Assembly (NCBI RefSeq): GCF_006345805.1
Contig: NW_021825092.1
Span: forward strand, 1 to 16,668
Length of the DNA: 16,668 nucleotides
Direction of reading: 5' to 3'
From: Octopus sinensis
Lineage: Eukaryota
Under the pieces are notes generated by a model. The model was not told the origin of the DNA, made no database searches, and saw only the letters and a list, made by a program, of their open reading frames with translations. The translations under genes were made by a program, and so were the position numbers. Positions 10,277-16,668 of this stretch are shown here, in pieces. The number at the start of each line of letters is the position of its first letter. The first letter of the stretch is position 1.

Positions 10277-10432
10277 ACATGTACAGACACACATACACAT
10301 GTGTGTGTGCGTGCGCGTGCGTACGTGCGTGCGTGCACGTGTGCGTGCGTGCACGTGTGCGTGCGTGTGTGTGTGTGTGCATGTGCGCATGCATGCGTGT
10401 GTATGTGTGTGTGTGTGTGTGTGTGTGTATGC
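10277..10432. repeat. Uninterrupted alternating purine-pyrimidine tract (CA/TG/CG)
   Basis: 156 bp of strict RY alternation with many CG steps. Confidence 0.92.
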
Positions 10433-10589
10433 TGGACTCTCCCGTCGAAAACGACGTATGAGTGAGTGTGCAGCTCTTTCCAACGACCCCCACAAATTAT
10501 TTGTTTATAGAAATGAAATATATACATACATACATACATACACATTTATATATATATATATATATATATATACACGCACGCGCACACAC

Positions 10590-10738
10590 CTCTTTCAAAT
10601 TCAAATTCACTCACACCCCATTGGTCGGCTTGAGGCTACAGTAGAAGACATTCTCCCAAGGTGCCGCGCAATGGGAATGAACCTGAAACCATGTGGTTGC
10701 AAGTTGAGCTTCTTAACCAAACAGCCATGCCTTCGCCT
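10590..10738 (-). mobile_element. Diverged SINE family A 5' half
   Basis: ttcactcaca...gaggctacagtagaagacattctcccaaggtgccgcgcaatgggaatgaacc aligns with 7015-7160. Confidence 0.85.
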
Positions 10739-11024
10739 ATGAGGATGTAATGTGCACCAAATGAATAACTTTAATGAGTAAACTAAAAATTCATTCCGAA
10801 TGAAAAAGTAATTTATAATACAATAGTTTTGTTGTGTTTTTATGCAAGTTTATTTCTATCTTTTACGTGTTTGAGTTTTGTCTGAAAATCTCAATATTTA
10901 CACATGTAATATAACAGCCGTATTGTAGTTTTTGCAAACACTGTTCTTAACACCAGAAAATTTTAACCATCAGACATGTCAGGGTTTGGTAAACATATAT
11001 AACAATTCAGTTATCGTTCAGCGT

Positions 11025-11292
11025 GCTGAAAATAGCGGCCAATCCACACTCGTAAATAAAGGATATATTGAACGATGCCGTTCCTGATAGACAAATGACG
11101 GGACTCTCGTGACTGGATTTTTTTCATCGTAGTTTTTTTTAAATATGCCTGATCCGAAACGACATAGAGATATTTATTTCGTGTCAACGACAGAGAACTT
11201 CCGCGAGGGCGTGCGACCTGCTAGTTATAGCAGCCAAAATACTTCAAATAACATCCTACTGTCTTAAATCTAGAAAGGATACTTTGGAAAAT
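11025..11292 (+). mobile_element. One or two decayed family D remnants
   Basis: tgctgaaaatagcggccaa (~11038-11056) and cgacctgctagttatagcagccaaa (11214-11238) resemble each other and 6352 onward. Confidence 0.4.
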
Positions 11293-11322
11293 GATTTTCC
11301 ATATACTCATATACAAAAACAA

Positions 11323-11362
11323 CACATACACACACACAAACACACACACAGATGTGTATAAT

Positions 11363-11401
<39 letters not shown>

Positions 11402-11450
11402 ATACATGCATACATACATACATACATACATACATACATACATACATACA

Positions 11451-11481
<31 letters not shown>

Positions 11482-11490
11482 TTATATATA
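11323..11490. repeat. (CA)n(TA)n(CATA)n microsatellite
   Basis: Direct reading. Confidence 0.96.
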
Positions 11491-13360
11491 CGTAAAATGG
11501 AGACGAACATCATTCCCCCATGTGACCGGTTTTAAAAATTGTTAAGATATGATATTTTTTCTATTTTTCTTAACATGAAACCAATGGTAGCCTTAATTCA
11601 CAAATAAAGAGATTATATCCGTCAATGCTGTGTTGAGAACTCATTTTCATCGTTCGACATTGTTATGTCGCAATACTACACAGTGGCTGTGTGTGCTACG
11701 AAATCTTCGTCTCCACTGTTATATCGCACGTTCGGATGACTTCTACTCTACTCTACTCTTCATTCTAACGACGTCTAGACTTCTCCCTCTATATCTACAT
11801 ATTGGACTAGCCTACTTCATCGTCTGGGGGCGCCCACACAACAGACATTTATTCTGCTAGTATGTATAATTATCATATATATATAAAAACGAGTGAATTG
11901 AGAAAAATTAAACAAATACCAACTACTAATTAAAGAAAAAAGTTGGGTTTTTTTTTCAGGTATTTAACGAACGGCACTACAAGTATAAATATAATTTAAG
12001 ATGGATTTAATATAATTAATATACTATCATGCACTAAAAAAACTATCTGTTAAAACGAAGCAGTTATATGTAGTTATATATATAATGTAATATATGATCG
12101 GAATAACGTTTTTGTCCTGATCAAAAGTAAAATATACATTATAGATCGACGCTGTTTATCGTATATGTTTTACCACTCTTAGTTAAAAGTTATTTTTTTT
12201 ATTTCCTACAGAAGCATTTCTCTCCAGTCCACAAATACCAGATACTCCTCATTTAAAAAAAATATTAAAAATTTATATTCAATCACCCAAAATTTTGCAC
12301 AAATAATAGAGGACTTTCTGCCGACCAAAACACGTGTAATTATAGTTTTGTCAACACCAACAGCTGTCCAATTAAAAGAAATGTAAAACTAAAAATTAGT
12401 TAATTGCATCACAGTCAACCCAAACATGACCTCAGTTTCATTGATAGGCTTAACCGCTACTTTCTTCAAAAACAAATTTTATCAACATACACATACTTTT
12501 AGAAACCAGATGAGAAACGAATAATACCCTTCATTCAAACAATATTTTCAAAACATTAAAACACTTTAAAACTTATATTTCATGATAGGTAATAATTTCC
12601 TAAAAACATATACCTTTGCCTAGAACATTGGTACATCCCTAGTAACTATTTTTATATTTTGATTTCATTTCATTTTCACCTAGATAGAAAAAGTTTCAAA
12701 ATAAGTTTCATTGTCACTAACAGCCAGACTATATTTATAAAAAAAACATAGCTTTCTTTATCATTATAACGAGTCTGCTTTACAAACTATACAGTTCATC
12801 ATCTTAATCCATTTAATTGTCTAAACTTACACTGAATTGTTATCTCTTTAGTTTTTATATTCATTTAATTATCAAATTAACTACCTACAAATTCTTGTTA
12901 GACCATCAACTTATTAAGCTTAATACTAATTAATACATTTATATTAATGTAAGAAACTTTTTTTCGCATCTTCTTTCCCAGCCACCTCTAATTAGTAGAC
13001 TATATGATATTGTACATCTTATTCAAACTTGTAAACTTACTCTTTTTTTTTTCTACTACCTCCTTAATTTGTTCCTACTTTACTGTTACCGTTACTGTTA
13101 CCTCATGATAATTTATACTCCAACTCATTCTAATGTATTCACTTTCGCACACTTCCTTTTAATTGGATGTTATAGATTGCATTTGAAGATAGTATAAGAA
13201 TTTTTTTATACACCTTGTCCAAAGATCTGTCTCTGTTTTGTTTCAAGCCACTTTTTGTTATAATCATTTATATATCTGCTTATATCCTAATGTATTTATT
13301 GCCACACATTTTCTTTAAATTTTATGCTATATGTTATATTTATGCTATATCTTTTATTTT

Positions 13361-13759
13361 TTAATTGTTTCAATCATTGGGCTCCGGCCATGCTGAGTCA
13401 CCATTTTGAAGGGTTTAGTCGAACAAATCAACTACAATGCGTTTTTTTTAAAGTCTGGTATTTATTCTATCAGTCTCTTTTGCCGAACTGCTAAATTACA
13501 GGGATGTAAACAAACCAACACAGGTAATCAAGTGGTGGTGGGTAACAAGCACAAACACAAAGACACACACACACATGTATAGGTAAGTACGTATGTATAC
13601 GACGTGCGTCTTTCAGGGTTCGTTCACCAAATCCACTCACAAGGCTTTCACTGGCCTGGGGTTATAGCAGAAAACACTTTCCAAAGATATGCAGTGAAAC
13701 TGAACCCGAAATCATGTGGTTGGGAAACAGATACTTACCACATAGCCACACGTGCACCT
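13361..13759 (-). mobile_element. Diverged full-length SINE family A
   Basis: Collinear with 6790-7160 (ggccatgctg, tctcttttgccgaac, ccaaatccactcacaaggctt, tgaacccgaaatcatgtgg, cttaccacatagcc). Confidence 0.88.
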
Positions 13760-14289
13760 CAGAAGACTAATTAGTTGGCCTTCTTGAAAGCCTGTTTTCT
13801 CAAATTTTCTCTTCTCTGTTTCCCACATTTATCAATATGTCATCCTCAGTACCCAACTTTTAGCTACACATTTTATTTCCAAATTACATCACCAACTGTT
13901 TTTCCTAGTTAACTTCGAATATTTCTCAGCCAAAACAACACGTTTTTTACATTTAATAATACTTCTATTTAACATATAATAAATTATCCTCAGCAACAAC
14001 TGACATCATCTTGTATAAAATGCAATGTTATTTTAGAACATACATGTTTTATAGACATCACTTTGCATACTTCACTAAGGATAAGTATTTGTTCCACAAA
14101 TATTAAGAGGATCTGTTTTACCTCATGTATTATTTCCATGTTGTTTTTCAAACTTGTGTTTATATATTTATAGACTTTTAGATACATTTTCACTAAACAC
14201 ATTTTCTCATGATTAATGTAATGAAAAACATGTACATGCAATATTTTTATCACTTTGTACGTCTTTGGATGCTTATCACTTTATTACCA

Positions 14290-15333
14290 TCAATACCAAA
14301 TGGCTACAGTCCTTTTCGTCGGCTTTTTTCTCGTATCCGGAAATTTAGTTTCTTCTTTGTTAAACGCCTCCTTTGTGGTATTGCTGCTGATGACATTGTA
14401 GACCAATTCTTGCATAGAAGAGTGGATGGCATTGACAGCATAGTAATATTTGTGAGCTGGCAGAAACGTTAGCGCGCCGGGCGAAATGCTTTGCGGTATT
14501 TCGTCTGCCGTTACGTTCAGAGTTCAAATTCCGCCGAGGTCGACTTTGCCTTTCATCCTTTCGGGGTCGATAAATTAAGTACCAGTTTCGCACTGGGGCC
14601 GATGTAATCGACTTAATCCGTTTGTCTGTCCTTGTTTGTTCCCTCTATTTTTAGTTCCTTGTGGGTAATAAAGAAATAGGTATTTCGTCTGCCGTTACGT
14701 TCAGAGTTCAAATTCTGCCGAGGTCGACTTTGCCTTTCATCCTTTTGGAGTCGATAAATTAAGTTCCAGTTTCGCACTGGGGTCGATGTACTCGACTTAA
14801 TCCCTTTGTCTGTCCTTGTTTGTCCCTCTATTTTTAGCCCCTTGTGGGTAATGAAGAAATAGGTATTTCGTCTGCCGTTACGTTCTGAGTTCAAATTCCG
14901 CCGAGGTAGACTTTGCTTTTCATCCTTTCGCGGTCAATAAATTATGTACCAGTTTCGCACTGGGGTCGATGTAATCGACTTAATCCCTTTGTCCGTCCTT
15001 GTTTGTCCCCTCTATTTTTAGCCCCTTGTGGGTAATAAAGAAATAGGTATTTCGTCTGCCGTTACGTTCAGAGTTCAAATTCCGCCGAGGTCGACTTTGC
15101 CTTTCATCCTTTCTGTCCTTGTTTGTCCCCTCTATGCTTAGCCCCTTGTGGGCAGTAAAGAAAGAAAGAAATATTTGTGGAGGACGAGGTTGATTTTGTC
15201 GAGCCTTTTTCTCCTATCGTTTGATTTCTTCCTTTTCTCTTCTGGTGGTTTTTGGTTCCGATTGTGACGGAACACCGCCACTTGATACGGTCTTAGATTT
15301 TTGTTTCAAATTATTTAGGATATCAGAAAGAAT
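14290..15333 (-). mobile_element. Decayed RTE-clade LINE 3' end, split by a SINE array
   Basis: After removing 14455-15169, the minus strand translates with one frameshift and stops as FETKI*DRIKWRCSVTIG / REKEEIKR*EKKARQNQPRPPQILLCCQCHPLFYARIGLQCHQQQYHKGGV* (stop 14360-14362). DRxxWR and CxxC..F.ARIGL.xH..H are typical of RTE ORF C-termini, from family knowledge. Confidence 0.75.
14455..15169 (+). mobile_element. SINE family B tandem array (one head plus four bodies)
   Basis: Units start at ggtatttcgtctgcc at 14495, 14679, 14862 and 15046 (period 183-184). The last unit has a ~64-bp deletion at ~15113. 10-bp TSD aatatttgtg at 14445-14454 and 15170-15179. Confidence 0.95.
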
Positions 15334-15488
15334 AACATGTACATGATAAATGCTTATCTCTTTATACGTCTGTATACCTAACACTTTATTTCAAGCAATG
15401 CCAAAGATTTACAACCCTTTAAAATCAGCAAATATAATTGAATGCGCATAATTTCCTCTATGTGTTCTCAAATTGGCTGATCTATTAC

Positions 15489-15579
15489 TCTCTTTCACTT
15501 ATTTCGGTCATTTTACTGCGGCCATGCGGGAGCACCACCTTTAGTCAAGCAAATCGACCCTAGGACTTATTCTTTGTAA
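15489..15579 (-). mobile_element. SINE family A 3' fragment
   Basis: gcggccatgcgggagcaccacctttagtcaagcaaatcgaccctaggacttattctttgtaa matches 6793-6855. Confidence 0.85.
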
Positions 15580-16084
15580 AGATTTGCCACTCTTTTTCTA
15601 TGTCACTCTTTCGAAGTGTCACTCTTTCAATTCACACCCATATATATGTGCACGCGCGCGCGTGTGTGTGTGTAATTCTTTTCTTAAATTATTAGCCATC
15701 CACAATTAAATTTTTCTCAATTTACTCACAATTAACGTAAATTCATTTTTATATAGCATTACAAATAGCTTAATTATATCCAGCAATACTGGCATAATTC
15801 ACTGTTATGTATATAAATTGTACAGCTACTTTTAGTTAAAATATTAATTAAACCAAATTTTATAAATAAAGATTTTAAAATGGCGTCTATTCACCTTAAC
15901 AATACTTTTATTTTTAAGACTTAATACAGTTATTTATTGTTCATACACGAATAACTATTCTTCAGTCATAGTTAAACGGGCTATATATTTGACGAAGCTT
16001 CGAAGTCACTAACGTCTTTTAAAACGACAAATATATAAACCTCTACGTATTGAGTTCTTTATTCAGTAAATATTTATATCTTTG

Positions 16085-16405
16085 GTTTCATATATAAAAA
16101 TACATACGTGCGTGTGTGGTGAGAGAGAGAAAGTGTGTACATTCATATGTGTGTGTCTGTGAGTGTATATTAATGTATGTGTGTGTGCGCATATGTGTGT
16201 GTAAGTATGTGTTTGTATGTGTGTGTGTATGTGTATATATAAATATATATATAGATACATATATGAATGCTCTCACGCAGATACTTGTCGTAAGCAAGCA
16301 GAGTTATTCAAGGAAATGTTAGAGAGAGATACCAGTTGGAAAATATCCAAATAACTAAAGAATATGTTAAGATATTTTACAATCATATAATATATATATA
16401 TATAA

Positions 16406-16438
<33 letters not shown>

Positions 16439-16580
16439 CATACATACCATACATAACATACATAGTACATACATACATATAATATACATATATATATATA
16501 TACATATATAATTATATAATATATATATACACACATTATATATTATACACACACACACATACATATATATATGTGTTGTG

Positions 16581-16611
<31 letters not shown>

Positions 16612-16625
16612 GTGTGTGTGTGTGT
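16085..16625. repeat. Mixed (TG)n/(TA)n microsatellites with a ~120-bp unique spacer
   Basis: Direct reading. Confidence 0.92.
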
Positions 16626-16668
16626 AATGTCTCGATATATCGGTGTCACTGTCTTGAAGTGAGAACGT

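Noticed and set aside
14495-15169. Regularly spaced repeats as a CRISPR array or ribozyme-bearing retrozyme array
   Set aside because: Units are contiguous ~184-bp SINE bodies with no unique spacers, and no CUGANGA/GAAA hammerhead core was found on either strand.

Overview
AT-rich, repeat-dense eukaryotic intergenic or intronic DNA. The SINE families resemble, from memory, those of Octopus (coleoid cephalopod); this assignment is inference. No convincing multi-exon protein-coding gene is present, and most ORF-track entries are microsatellite or SINE translations. The window holds about four tRNA-derived or SINE-like families (labelled A-D here), many microsatellites, a decayed RTE-type LINE 3' end, and two different Penelope-like (PLE) terminal fragments carrying minimal hammerhead ribozyme cores. 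Main structural observations: (1) a 978-bp near-perfect palindrome (2711-3688) with a hammerhead on each strand; (2) a separate ~350-bp-arm inverted duplication (974-2089); (3) SINE family B joining itself at the same nucleotide junction in a nested insertion (5703) and in a head-less tandem array (14455-15169); (4) a compact CRE-TATA-Inr-Kozak ATG-splice donor cassette at 8967-9089 that may be a gene start.
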